The notes under the pieces were generated by a model. It made no database searches and was not told the DNA's origin. It saw only the letters and a program-made list of their open reading frames with translations. A stretch of DNA of 64,000 nucleotides from IMG/VR virus record IMGVR_UViG_3300027759_000084, positions 1,743 to 65,742 of that record, one strand, 5' to 3'. Numbering within the stretch: the first letter of the stretch is position 1; each line of letters begins with the position of its first letter. This stretch comes from a virus. Taxonomy: Duplodnaviria > Caudoviricetes. This document shows positions 41,001-50,350 of the stretch, in pieces. A program made the position numbers and the translations under genes.

Positions 41001-44000
41001 TGCGGCCATCGCTTTAGCTGTATCCAACGAGTCGCGCATGAACTGACGACGCTCTTCGGGAAGATTTTCAATGGAGGTTTCGCCTGCATAACTCATCCGC
41101 ACGCCACCACCATTCACCAGCATGTCAGCATTAGCCTTCTCCGAATTCTTCAAGCTATTGCGAATCAAGCGGAAAACGTCTTTGTAGTCCTTCAAGGTAG
41201 GCTCACTCGTTTTGCCAGTGATCTTCTGCCAGATGCCACGCAGGAATTGCATAAACTCTGCCAAAATGCCATCACGCGGGATTTCAGTCATTGAGTCGAA
41301 GTCGCGAGTCATCGCTTCTTCAAGGATGCTGAAGTAGCTCACCTGATTCGTGCGCCAGTCTGCATACTCGCTGTAGGATTCAGCAAGCGAATCAAGCTCC
41401 TGTGGAGAATACATCCGGCGAAGGAACGCGAAGATCTGCATCTTCTCCTTCATCGACAAGAAGAACATGCCCTTGTGGATGTTCTCATGAAGGATGACGC
41501 GACGAACCGCTGCCACTTCTGGCGTAGTTCCTTGAAGATTGGCTAGCTTGCGATCAAGATCTGAAACGCCTACGTTGTCCGTGAAGACAATCGGCTGTCC
41601 ATTTTCCGACATGCCTTCGATTTTTGAGTTGGCGCTTACTGCTGCCCAAGTCTCAGGATAACGAACGCGATTAGCTGGATCAGCAAGGAAGTCCTTGGAT
41701 GTGCCAATCCAGGTGAAGAGCACGTTTGGAATCTCGCCCGAACGGTTGAGAATCGCGACAGCTTGATTGGCGTCAGTTGCCTTGACGGTGCCCTGAACGA
41801 CGTTCGTGCGCGTTTTCTGAATGAGCGAGTTGAGCGTTTTGAGGTTTAGCTCTTCGCGCTTCTTTTGTGCGGCCTCTGCTTTGGCTTGCTCCTTCTCGTC
41901 ACGCTCGATTTCTTTGGCGAGCTTAGCATCGGCTGCATCACGCTTAGCTTGAGCTTTAGCTGGTGATGATGCTGAAATAGAATCAAGCCATGATGCAAGT
42001 GTCTCGTTTGGTGAGAAACTACCACGAACCGAATCCCATAACTTTTTGAGCTTTTGTGCCAACTCAGAAAAGAAATTGTCAACTAGGCTCCTTGGAGCAT
42101 CCCTAGTTGCCGCCCATTTTGCCGTCTCATCACCAAACCATTCGCTAAACTTTGAGCGATATGCCTCCCATTGAGATACGCGCTGCTCTTGGGGGAATGG
42201 AGCGTTTGGGTTCATCCAGTCTGCATCAGTCATCCACTCCCATATACGGCGCTGGTCCGCCACAGATGGAATACCTTCTGATCCGTATTTACTATTGAAC
42301 CAATTTGTATATTCAGCCTCAATCGCTTTCTTTGTGGCTTCTGGAGCGTTTGCATATTCAAGCTCCATTATAGCGTGACCAATCTCATGCGCCATAGCAG
42401 ACGGTGTTGCTTTACTGCTGACAGCTATTGTTTTATCTGAGCGTGTCCAGATGCCACCGATATTACCACCTTCTAAAGCTGATTGCGTATTCTTCTTGTT
42501 TGCCATGTAAACAAGCTGATCAAGACGATTAGCTTTTCCAGATGCCACCTTCTTCTCCCACTCTGCATCAAGGCGCTCCATAGATTCCTCAATAGTGATA
42601 GCTTGAACTCCAGCTTTTTTGAGTGATGGGAATAATGCAATTAAGGCATTGCCATAGCCAATAGGGTCTAATACTGGCTGTTGATCTTTACTTGCGGCAT
42701 CTGCAATGTCCGCTTTTTCGTTTGACTCTATAGCAGTTGTAGCAGATTCTTGCTCAACAGCAGGGATCGACCCCTCTGCTGGTTGTTGAACAACACTGGC
42801 TACCGCCGCTTCCTTAGCCAAGGGAGCGGCGGTTTCTGTTGGTGTGGCTACCGTTGTGGTTTGGGGGGATGGAGCTAGGAAGGTCGCTTTCACGGCCTGT
42901 GCAGCAGAGGGCGCTGCCTTAACTGGTGTTGCATTAATGAGCCTGTCCAGTTCTGGCAGGGTTTCGTCCTGAAGGTATGTAACCACATCCTTGAGCCTTG
43001 CCGTTTCGCCTGACGGAAACTTCTTCTCAGTAGCTCTTTTCTGCGCCGGAGTCTTTGCTCCCATGGATGCGCGAGTGGATGCTCCAATACGCTCTTTAAC
43101 ATCCATTAGCAGGTTGTATGCCGCGTCAAACTTAGCTTGCGCTTCATCCTTACTGGTAGTGAAAATTGGTATGAGATTACGAAGCTCAGGATGTGGTGGT
43201 TCAAACTGAGGGTGACCAACAACAACATTGCTAAATGTCTGTCCAGAATCTACATTTTCACCTCTTTTGGCAGCTTCAATTCTGGCAATTCGACTTTCCA
43301 TTGCTGCGTCTGAACGACCAGACTCACGACGCATTTTAGCTATGTCCTTGAGCATCTCAAAGCCGTCATTATCCTGAATCAAAGGATCAACATCCCGCTC
43401 CATGGCGCTGCCTCCCGGCATGACCGTGCCTTCGGTAGCGGTCGTCGGCGTCCCTTGCGGGGTAATTGGTTTGGCTACTTCTTCTTGGATTTGACCTTCT
43501 GTGGCAACTTCTTGAGGCTGGGCGTTTCCTTGGCCCAGTCCTTGCAGTTCCATTTCGGGTCTTTCTTGGCGTAGCAAGCCTTCATCTGTGATTTGCTCTT
43601 GAATGGCATTTGGCGTTGTTTCTATGGGTTGATTTTGAATCGCCTCACCCGCCCCTGCACCTGCTTCCGCAGTTGGGGGCGGCACTGGCATTTCAATCTG
43701 CTCCATTGCTGGAGAAGGTGTTTTTGATCCAGTGTAGCGGTCTCCGTATTTGGCGACCAACTGCTTATTGATTCGCTCAATTTCTGGAGCGGCCTTTGCG
43801 GCAAACTGCTCTCGTGTTTTGGGAGCTTCACCAATGTTGTTGATAGCCTCCATGGCCGTCTCATCAAATGGAACGCCACTCATGCCAGCATAATTCCATG
43901 GAACATCTTTAATATTTCCAGTGCGTGCAATATCGAAACGCCCACCAACCTTGGCATTAAACTGAGCATCTTTTGCTGGACCGCTCTCGAATGGATTTAG

Positions 44001-45725
44001 GAGACTTCCAATTTCAGATTCAATCTTGGACGCAAGACTATTGGCGGCATCTTTATGACCAACATAAACAGTGAAATCAGACCCTTCTTCTGGTGATCCA
44101 CCGCTTAGAAGTTTATACTGACCTTTGTGGTTTTTATGCAACCACTCATCAACTGCCTGATAGTTCTCTGGAGTGACGGAAAGATGCAGCTTCCACCCTC
44201 CATTTTTAGCAAAATCATTGTTAGCAACTACGTCGGTAACACGAGGGCCGCTTGTTTTTCCATCTGGCTTCTGCTGTATGGCCGCCTGTAAACGCGGCAA
44301 ATTAACAGGTGTTTCTACGGTAGGAGCAACAGTTGGCTCCAGCAACTCAGCAGGCGCTTGTGGTTCTTGTGCAAGCGGTTGCTCTGGAGTGGGCGCTTCC
44401 AATTGTACTTGGCGTTCTGCGGCTGCTTTGGCTTGAGCGGCTTGTTCCTGAGCCAGCATTTGAGCGGCTTTATCAGCAGCACCTTCAGCTTGAGTTTTGA
44501 GCAGATTTTCATTAAGCTCCACGAAGGCAGTAGTTGAGCTTGAGACATTAGGAGATGTCGCGTTAGCTTTTACCACTAGCTCTTTGGGGATGACTTGGCT
44601 TGGTGGCTCTGGCGATGGTGGAGCAATAACCGCTGTTTTTCCCTGTGGATCAACCACTGTGGTTCCGCCAGCGTTCATATTGACGAGCTTTTCGTCGTCT
44701 GTCTGATCTGGGACTGTATCAACAGCATCCACATTATCTTCTGCAACGAACGCTTTTTGAATGTCAGTCTGCCTCTCTGGAGGAGTTCGGCCAAGTTTGT
44801 TGATCGCGCCAAACATTGCGCCACCAACACCCTCCCAAAGAGCAGCTTCACCAGCGCCCTCAAACAAACCTGGAGCTTCAACGCCAGTGGGAGCAGTAAG
44901 CAGAGTTGAGAGATTGCTGAGAACTTGCGTGGAACCGCCTTCAGCAGCTTCTTGGGCTGCGCTCATGCGGATACCTGGAATTACTCTGCCAGCAGCATCT
45001 TCAACACCTCCAAGCAAGCGACGGGCGGCAGACGTTTCAAGCGCAGAGCCGAATGGAAGCATTTCTGGAGCAAGTTCAGATATGCCACCGCCAAGAAGAT
45101 TCAAATACCCTTCAGCGCCAGTGATGCCAAGACGCTCATTTTCGGCAGCTTTAGCAGCAGCGCCTTGAGCAAACCCTGTGCCGTATAGGGCAGATTTAGC
45201 GCCAGCTTGAATGGCTTGATTTGTGAGAGCTTGCCTAGCGGCAGCAGAACCGGCAGCGGCGGCACGTTCAGCGCCTAGAGCTTTACCAGCAAGTCCACCA
45301 ACGCCACTTGTGCCGATGATGCTAGCCACATTACCAGCCACATTTGCCACTTTGGCAGGAATGCCTTGCTCGTAAATTGGATTGACTGGCGCGATGTATT
45401 CCAGCCCTTCGCGAGCAGATTCGCCAAGATTGCTGATTGGCTCGATGCCAGTCAGAGCACCAACGCCCTCCAATGTGCCTGGAACAATTTCACCGAATCC
45501 ACGGGCAGCACTTCCGAGTGTGGAGGTGACTATTCCTTGACCAGAATCGTCTGGAGTTTGCCAAAAGTCATCAAAAACAGCTTTTTGTGTCTGTGGCGAG
45601 AACGCTTTAAATTCAGGATCAGAAGATATTTCTCGTTCAAAAAATCCCTGCTTAACCAAAGCCCTTCCCTGTTCGGAAAGTTCTTGATATTCTGGATCGC
45701 GTGTAATCTCGTGCCAAGTAGCCAT
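35061..45725 (-). CDS. Giant polyvalent internal virion (ejection) protein, 3554 aa
   Basis: Gly/Ala-rich N-terminus; GWKLHLSV domain; HEIGH, HENIH, HEVQH; LPD23-like segment (TGWF..DGKMRFE, HPALFEAYP, RLAGEIEAR); SAM motif VLDYGAGLG. Confidence 0.85.
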   Translation of the reverse strand: MATWHEITRDPEYQELSEQGRALVKQGFFEREISSDPEFKAFSPQTQKAVFDDFWQTPDDSGQGIVTSTLGSAARGFGEIVPGTLEGVGALTGIEPISNLGESAREGLEYIAPVNPIYEQGIPAKVANVAGNVASIIGTSGVGGLAGKALGAERAAAAGSAAARQALTNQAIQAGAKSALYGTGFAQGAAAKAAENERLGITGAEGYLNLLGGGISELAPEMLPFGSALETSAARRLLGGVEDAAGRVIPGIRMSAAQEAAEGGSTQVLSNLSTLLTAPTGVEAPGLFEGAGEAALWEGVGGAMFGAINKLGRTPPERQTDIQKAFVAEDNVDAVDTVPDQTDDEKLVNMNAGGTTVVDPQGKTAVIAPPSPEPPSQVIPKELVVKANATSPNVSSSTTAFVELNENLLKTQAEGAADKAAQMLAQEQAAQAKAAAERQVQLEAPTPEQPLAQEPQAPAELLEPTVAPTVETPVNLPRLQAAIQQKPDGKTSGPRVTDVVANNDFAKNGGWKLHLSVTPENYQAVDEWLHKNHKGQYKLLSGGSPEEGSDFTVYVGHKDAANSLASKIESEIGSLLNPFESGPAKDAQFNAKVGGRFDIARTGNIKDVPWNYAGMSGVPFDETAMEAINNIGEAPKTREQFAAKAAPEIERINKQLVAKYGDRYTGSKTPSPAMEQIEMPVPPPTAEAGAGAGEAIQNQPIETTPNAIQEQITDEGLLRQERPEMELQGLGQGNAQPQEVATEGQIQEEVAKPITPQGTPTTATEGTVMPGGSAMERDVDPLIQDNDGFEMLKDIAKMRRESGRSDAAMESRIARIEAAKRGENVDSGQTFSNVVVGHPQFEPPHPELRNLIPIFTTSKDEAQAKFDAAYNLLMDVKERIGASTRASMGAKTPAQKRATEKKFPSGETARLKDVVTYLQDETLPELDRLINATPVKAAPSAAQAVKATFLAPSPQTTTVATPTETAAPLAKEAAVASVVQQPAEGSIPAVEQESATTAIESNEKADIADAASKDQQPVLDPIGYGNALIALFPSLKKAGVQAITIEESMERLDAEWEKKVASGKANRLDQLVYMANKKNTQSALEGGNIGGIWTRSDKTIAVSSKATPSAMAHEIGHAIMELEYANAPEATKKAIEAEYTNWFNSKYGSEGIPSVADQRRIWEWMTDADWMNPNAPFPQEQRVSQWEAYRSKFSEWFGDETAKWAATRDAPRSLVDNFFSELAQKLKKLWDSVRGSFSPNETLASWLDSISASSPAKAQAKRDAADAKLAKEIERDEKEQAKAEAAQKKREELNLKTLNSLIQKTRTNVVQGTVKATDANQAVAILNRSGEIPNVLFTWIGTSKDFLADPANRVRYPETWAAVSANSKIEGMSENGQPIVFTDNVGVSDLDRKLANLQGTTPEVAAVRRVILHENIHKGMFFLSMKEKMQIFAFLRRMYSPQELDSLAESYSEYADWRTNQVSYFSILEEAMTRDFDSMTEIPRDGILAEFMQFLRGIWQKITGKTSEPTLKDYKDVFRLIRNSLKNSEKANADMLVNGGGVRMSYAGETSIENLPEERRQFMRDSLDTAKAMAAAGKTSEEIRAVTGWFPGKYDGKMRFEVPDNEAKLRRLPAIGKKLTLGEVIDHPALFEAYPNLRNREVWGAKLPTQNVASFNPQGYFNVDPRSELFMFRGGVGTIMHEVQHAIQKIEGFAEGGSPSQFETEANSVKKRDAMRKAVADARSLLRTASFQFEGDIDAAARFLAGPPYKLKFAQSAIKLAKRSTKKDLDEIDAELLKSYIDGKKDEPTAKYKRLAGEIEARDVEARRKFTPEQRAAIEPYSSENISKEDAIVMLGGNQVQNAIVNAGLSSIPYEPQSGTTQVATTVGSYQKAANILLANKSPNIRVLDYGAGLGLGSDAMREEIANVDSFEVNPERWKGNQPPTFTDSSQITEKYDGIVNLNVLNVVPKNIRDAIVDQIGSLLNDGGKAIIGVRKWSGDVDRASGETGVEPKSIVIKKKQGDTFQKGFDGNELVDYLKERLGDEFVVVKANIAANGAIVTKLPSQAKASKVTYDSPNDAAFNSGAEVARNTDYDERDKEVRSTIRAAYDIAPKTNGPSVPLDELFSIVKQSMPDVTETEFSRILQGLYEDSGALLIEGESPFATFTTEGERAGSVIVMPPSGFQTRAMASIVDSQATEDYRKEVDAANTGKAKAPFGGVQFTNFMPIDRAVKSAEEYSDAAIKYVNNLEKEGVSLDDIANSVISPVFLESIGIEQDLMAQDALTIEVRQRVDNAARKAKSPDRKKQLSKLSERLSAFWQGVGSKKGQHLGQRRYLVNKARYSWMFIREIAEKVMKEARTNILISNFGSENATSFTQNSYENSDKANQQAADEIAQDAVNNDEWALIKEGEQVFEGGDKTLWERAKMLVRRFAFYKRRKDMKVANAKASMTDAERSELNAILQMSDEEAATAEAKDLAEFRSIMGKLLGEESPNDTPTEKKKRKKRKEIIDTVEKRVAEGQPIEPTAEEIANEIEIAENKASQIVYRFEELYRQGFKNPPEGMSKKEQKDSIIRAFRDQVKNPVSFEQFAERLDALKVGEEVSERLFLTASRERADLARMKKFKIEKRRVEIADKQASRLIYSTEERLRQGSKDLSKSTSGDSINKAFKDQVSDPVEKSKFAERLAKLDVSPDVAERLFKTAEREKTDLEAMAAFNILQGPKALRRMINEINNMRRGEEIPLRTPIPWRQLLSQSAKTVEEYRQRIFDAISANEELKNATPEQKARLADLFAEAWESNRTRILDGMLERMIRAEEAKKNLSKEGAKALQAQRMRIVEDINLGIFDNDELAKRMAEKFGIKSEFTETEREKINSLIEVLQDEGLNAVKRQVAAYKLLEVLQGELKIPVVKMLADFWVSSVLSGPNTIVSIGLAVASGAFELSTALSRVFIAGFTNPKQLPSELAGAYKTLARLLSAYGRQARIAWQYLVSGDPVFLDPSMNDVTENMQWGNIGKSNKLAEQMAKSDKILVKSAGLFMRTVSRLLTALDVFNSGLTKEGSLSIVFRQIGLDPAKIAEMEKKSNLKPYKDTIIQKDFGGTPPKSARDKAILDSYALADMMAELDKLGNVSENANFFGQQGAMTLDPSGLGGVGYRAIRSLVTNAEAGADRFLKQAQRGWNDSAQNGDRILSGLELAFAYFMQFAAYNAANFGGVRFARFAGNKFNQGLSFIPGIGFARAFEAEFDPNRISGKEAFIDSIRRNQLIGVMLSVAGYQILKAIADEPDDEKRGWFINGSWGNLTPEKKQQKLAAGEKEYTIGINGKVFNYANWPISSALAAIGSLSDLIRFSPDQWNDKNVAQIMASAAMSGAAAAADIPALSQFQELFGNSLSSKDPNEKRMERFAKVMSSYAGGFVPRFLKDIDYAQDPNLRKYETLWEKTASHIPVYRRYEGKEYYDILGQQIQRNVYPGSREFMVKPTDPAYKVLGALNSRGIWLTPANAEHRMVGKGARRRSLTQEEADNYSLETGKGYKQMLLRYGQRALQMPTERARAFLLDKADEVRDRALKKVYRGYQPAT

Positions 45726-45728
45726 AAC

Positions 45729-47282
45729 CTACTGTGGCACCGGAACTTTCTTGTTCAAGAAGTTTACAGCTTTATCAACCTCTTCACGCGGAACATTGGC
45801 GTTGTTCTGAACGGTTGTTTGAACCACGCCTCTTTTGCTTAAAAAATCTTTTGCCCATTCTTCAAGAAGCTCTCGATAACCAACTTGCTGGGTTCCCAAA
45901 AATCCAAGTAAGCGGCGATTCTCTCCAGGCTCCCTGAAAACTGTTCGATTGGTCATCATTTCACCAATTGGAATGCCAGCTTTTTGCAAAACTTCCCAAG
46001 TAGCTGGAATGGTTCCATACTCAGGATTATTGATGATGTTTTCGCTTGGTTTGAGGACGGCTTTGGCAAAAGACTCCAATTGATTGACTGATGTGCCTGG
46101 ATAAACCTTATCTGGAACCACTTTTGCAATCTTGCTTCCAATATCTTGTTTGGCATTTTCCCAAGCAGGAGCAATGGCTTTATTGGAAGCCTCCCGAGCT
46201 TGTGCCTCTTGAATAAACTGCTGCTGTTGAGAATATGGAATATTAGCAAGCTGCGTGTTGAAATCTGGAACGCTTGGAGCGGTTGGCTGCTGAACTGGAG
46301 CCTGAGCCTGTGGCAACGTGCTAGCCAATATCGAAGCTGGCAATGCTGCTGGCGAGAATGGAGTTGCGGCAGATGCCATGCCAGTAAGTGCCGAACTTGC
46401 GGCTGCGGCAGATGGACTCACCTGCTGCTGAGTGGCCGGTGCGGCTGGAACTCCTTTAGACTCCATGAAATTGAAGTAATCATTATTAGCCTTTTCCCAA
46501 GCAGCCTCAGCATCAAGATATTTTTTGCTTTCAGGGTCTAATCCTTGAGCATCATACTGTTTAAGTTGATTCTCGCGAGCTTCCTTGATCTTCTCAAAGC
46601 GGCGTTCTTCTTCGGAAATGGCACCGCTACGAGTTCCGGTTCCGCGAGTTCCTTTGCCAGCCATTCTAACCTTGCCTTCCTCAATCGAAATTTGTTCCCG
46701 AGTCGAATTGCGAGGAAGTTTTTCAGGAGGAACACCAAAAGCTATTGCTCGATTTCTGGCGTCAATGATTTCTTGAGCAGCCCTCGCTTCAGCTTCCATG
46801 CGAGCCTTAGCAGCAATCGCTTCAGCTTCAGCTCTCTGCTGCTTCGCCTGCTGATAACCCTTGTATTGATTTTCATACAGTCCAGCCACAGTGCTAAATC
46901 GATGATCGCTAAATGCCAAAGGATTGCGAGTCGCCAGATCGCGATATTTCACCGCAAAATCATCGCTCTCAGGGTTGAGATTGCCGCCAGCTAGTTCGCT
47001 TGCCGCACGTTCAACCTGCGCCTCAATCTCCTGCTTCTTTCGCAGGTCGTTGGCTTTTTGCGCGATGTCGTCGTAGGCAAGTTGAGCTTTTTGAGCTTCA
47101 AATACTGGAGCTTGGCGTTGTAGGCTACGAAGCTGATCTATTGCTGCCGCACCCTTGTAAAAATCCTCAACCTCACGATCAAGTGATGCCACGCCGGTAG
47201 ATTTCCGAGTTTGGTTAAAAACTGGATTGGCGGGTGCCTGAGCAGGCATTCCAATGTAGTCGGCAAGGTCAATGACTGGCAT
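45729..47282 (-). CDS. Putative internal virion protein
   Basis: A/Q-rich helical ORF directly upstream of the giant protein. Confidence 0.6.
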   Translation of the reverse strand: MPVIDLADYIGMPAQAPANPVFNQTRKSTGVASLDREVEDFYKGAAAIDQLRSLQRQAPVFEAQKAQLAYDDIAQKANDLRKKQEIEAQVERAASELAGGNLNPESDDFAVKYRDLATRNPLAFSDHRFSTVAGLYENQYKGYQQAKQQRAEAEAIAAKARMEAEARAAQEIIDARNRAIAFGVPPEKLPRNSTREQISIEEGKVRMAGKGTRGTGTRSGAISEEERRFEKIKEARENQLKQYDAQGLDPESKKYLDAEAAWEKANNDYFNFMESKGVPAAPATQQQVSPSAAAASSALTGMASAATPFSPAALPASILASTLPQAQAPVQQPTAPSVPDFNTQLANIPYSQQQQFIQEAQAREASNKAIAPAWENAKQDIGSKIAKVVPDKVYPGTSVNQLESFAKAVLKPSENIINNPEYGTIPATWEVLQKAGIPIGEMMTNRTVFREPGENRRLLGFLGTQQVGYRELLEEWAKDFLSKRGVVQTTVQNNANVPREEVDKAVNFLNKKVPVPQ

Positions 47283-47285
47283 AAA

Positions 47286-48415
47286 TTAAGCAGATGTGCG
47301 TTCTTTCCAGAGAGCTTCAGCGGCTTTTCTCGCTTCATACTCATCCATTTGACGCGGTGGCATTGGAAGGCCATTCTTCATAGCCTCAAAGACTCGTTCC
47401 GTGCCTGCGTCTGAGCCTTTCGGAATGGCCTTGGCGGCTTGTATCCGAATACCCCTGGCATCAGTCTTTCCAGTGTCTAATACATACGCATACTTGTTGT
47501 CCTTACCTTGACGGACGGCGGCAGAACCGAAAAACTGATCTTTTGTTCTGCCATCGAAGGTTGCAGGTTTGCGATCACCAGTTGGAATAACTGCGCTTCC
47601 AGTTCCGTAGCGGCTGGTAACAACGCGCTGTTGAGGACCGTAGGAGGCAATGACTCCTCCGGTTGGACGCTGTTGAAGCTGAGTTAGTCCAGTGTCCGTG
47701 AATGAATCTGAAACTGGCATTGGGATACCCAATTCAGACGCCCTAGTCCTCAATTTGTCATTTGCGTCCCACTCATCAGCAGGCACATACGAACGCACAC
47801 CTTGTTCCTCCTGCTCACGCATCTTCATTCGAGCAGCGCCACCAGCATTAATCAACCTTTCACGAGCGGCCTGTAGAAGCTGTCCAGCGGTTGAGATTTG
47901 TGGCTTCCTGAATCCTTCTGGAACTAATACTTGAGATGGTACTTCTGCGGGAGAAGATCCTCGCATTACCGTTGATAAAACGTTTTTAATTTGAGATAGA
48001 TTCATTAGCGGTAAATTGTAAAGGATGGGTTTTGGTTGAACGCTGGATTTATCGGAGCCATAGGCATCGCGCCAACTTGTGGCTGCATCGCTCCAAAAAC
48101 TGAATTGCGGGCCATCTGTTGAGGCTGAGAGAGTCCTTTAGACTGCATATCAGATTGAGCAAATGGAGAAAGAGCTTGGTCAACCTTGCGTGATTCAAGG
48201 CGAAGCTGTCGCTCAGCGATGCGGTCAGGAGAGTTACGAGAGCGTCCAACTGGCGTTGAGCGTTGCAGCGATGGCGGCAGCAGCTCATTGTAATTTTGCT
48301 GCATGTTTGCCAACTCACCCTTACTAGCTTGTCCTGTATTGAGACTGTATGCTGATGGAAGAGTTTGCTTCTTCTTGAAATCATTAAGACCTGATCTGAG
48401 TGGTTCGTATGCCAT
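47286..48415 (-). CDS. Two putative virion proteins (47286..48005, 48005..48415)
   Basis: Tightly packed in the virion operon. Confidence 0.55.
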
Positions 48416-48417
48416 AA

Positions 48418-49383
48418 TTATCGAGTTTGTGGAGTTTGTCCGGCTGAGAAGGACCAGTCCATTGCCATTTTAGGACGGATAGCTCCTCGGTTTTGTTTCA
48501 GCCCTTGGTTAAGAACTTCGTAGCACTTCTGCCAGAAAAGCTGCGACTGTTGAAGCTCTGTGGCTCCACTGTCTTCAAGCTGAATCGCCTTCATTGCAAA
48601 TTTCAGCGCACCAATGTTATCCGGCCAGATCAAATCAGTTTCTTGAATGAGTCGAACAAAACGACGCTTACAAAGGCATCGAAGCACTGGCTTATTGTCT
48701 GGACTAGCCTCGATTGTGCCAACCTTGTAACGACGATAAATAGGATTCGTTTCACTTGGCTCATAGACGGAAAGCTCAGTCGGAGTGCCAGAAACAACAA
48801 CCGACAGCGTGACGTTGCCGGTAGTGAGAGGCTTGACCACCTGAGTAACGAACATCTGAACAGCAGTTGTAGCCGTTGGATTTGCGAGCGTTAGGTCAAT
48901 ACCCTCAACACCGTTAGCATCGAAAATGGTGTTGCCGTTTGCATCGTGACCATATAGTCGCACCACTTGACCAACATCGTTTGCGTCAGCGATAGTGAGG
49001 CGGATCAATCCTGCGTCAGCTTGATACTCCTGCGTGCAAACATCGCCTTGATCCAAGATGATGCGAAGATCTCTCGTCGTCTCGTCAATGTAGCCAGGGC
49101 CAGAAGTCATGAACTCCTGCATGCGTGAGAATGGCATCGTTGGCCAATTGACGCGAGTGACGCCAACAATGGACTCGTAGCGCCTTGGAAGGGTAATGTA
49201 GCCAGTAGTGGACGGATAATCCACTTGGCCGTACATATTCTTCCACAAACCAGAGTTGATGATCCTCTCGACTCCCTGATTGAGAATCGGTAGGAAAAGC
49301 TCTGAATTAGGATTGCCAGGGAAGATGGCGTTGCCAATCATTGACCTGACATCCGCAACTGTTAGGCCGGTAGACATCTCCAC
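48418..49383 (-). CDS. Head-tail adaptor/tail tubular-like protein (putative)
   Basis: Helix-beta-helix layout (LTVADVR..LNQGVERII..ITLPRRYESI..GALKFAM); position in virion operon. Confidence 0.5.
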   Translation of the reverse strand: MEMSTGLTVADVRSMIGNAIFPGNPNSELFLPILNQGVERIINSGLWKNMYGQVDYPSTTGYITLPRRYESIVGVTRVNWPTMPFSRMQEFMTSGPGYIDETTRDLRIILDQGDVCTQEYQADAGLIRLTIADANDVGQVVRLYGHDANGNTIFDANGVEGIDLTLANPTATTAVQMFVTQVVKPLTTGNVTLSVVVSGTPTELSVYEPSETNPIYRRYKVGTIEASPDNKPVLRCLCKRRFVRLIQETDLIWPDNIGALKFAMKAIQLEDSGATELQQSQLFWQKCYEVLNQGLKQNRGAIRPKMAMDWSFSAGQTPQTR

Positions 49384-49479
49384 CGATTCTAACCGTTATG
49401 GCTGGATGGGCAAGGGGGATTTTTCGATACTATTCAATCCACTTCCCAGCCTGGCATTTTTCTGTTTTCAGCCACCATT

Positions 49480-50350
49480 TTAACTTGGCGGATTTGTGGG
49501 CAGCGTAAACGCATTACCAAGAACGGCTTTGAAAATAGCCAGCTTGACCACATCCTCACCAAGCTCAGAAATCCAATGCTGTGTCATTTCTACCATCATC
49601 GGGTGGTTGATGTTGCGGTAAATCTCCAGCCAACCTGTATAGTAGTTGTGCAGCTTGTCATCAATCGTGAGTGGGAAAGTTCGCTTCGGCCAGTTGAAAC
49701 GGTGATTCCATCCCATCTTTGGATGGCAGATAACCTTACCGCCATTGTGACGAACCATCTCAGCCATATACCATTCCTCGCCACCAAAGCCTCGGAATCC
49801 TTGATTGATTACAGGAGCGTTGGCACGGATAAACGAAAAGCATCCCATTCCTTGGGCTGGAATCTCAAAAGGCTCGCCTGACTTCAAGCCTTCCTTATTG
49901 TCGCCCCAAATGCCAAAGTCGTGACCTCGCCACACTGGGTCGATTTGCTCACTTGTGGCTTTCAGACTGTCGTATAGAAGTGGCCCCGTAAGCATGTTTT
50001 TTGAGTCTGGATTCTGCGACCAGTATTCCATCATGGCAGCGATGAATCCAGGTTGTAGCAGAACATGGCAATCAAGACCAAGGATCACATCACCAGTAGC
50101 AAGATTAAATGCGTCATATTTTACGAAGCTACTTTGACGATCCGTGACATCAACAACCCGCATGTTTGGAACATCTTTAGCGAAGTGCTTGATTTGCCTT
50201 CCATGATCACTGTCAGGATTATTGTCGAGAATCAGAAATTCAGTGTTCTCTGGAAGGTCTTGGTATATTCGGAGTGATTGAACGGAAAAAAAAAATTCCA
50301 TCGAAATCATCGAAGGTTGCCATTGATATAGTTAGTTTTAATTGATTCAT
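49480..50350 (-). pseudogene. GT2-like glycosyltransferase, frameshifted at a T10 tract
   Basis: ATG at 50350 gives MNQLKLTISMATFDDFDGIFF; A10 at 50286..50295 shifts the frame from SVQSLR..LILDN..GLDCHVLL..FRGFGGEE. Confidence 0.8.

Noticed and set aside
35061-45725. Tape measure protein or virion RNA polymerase
   Set aside because: No periodic tape-measure pattern and no DxDGD or T7-type polymerase motifs noticed
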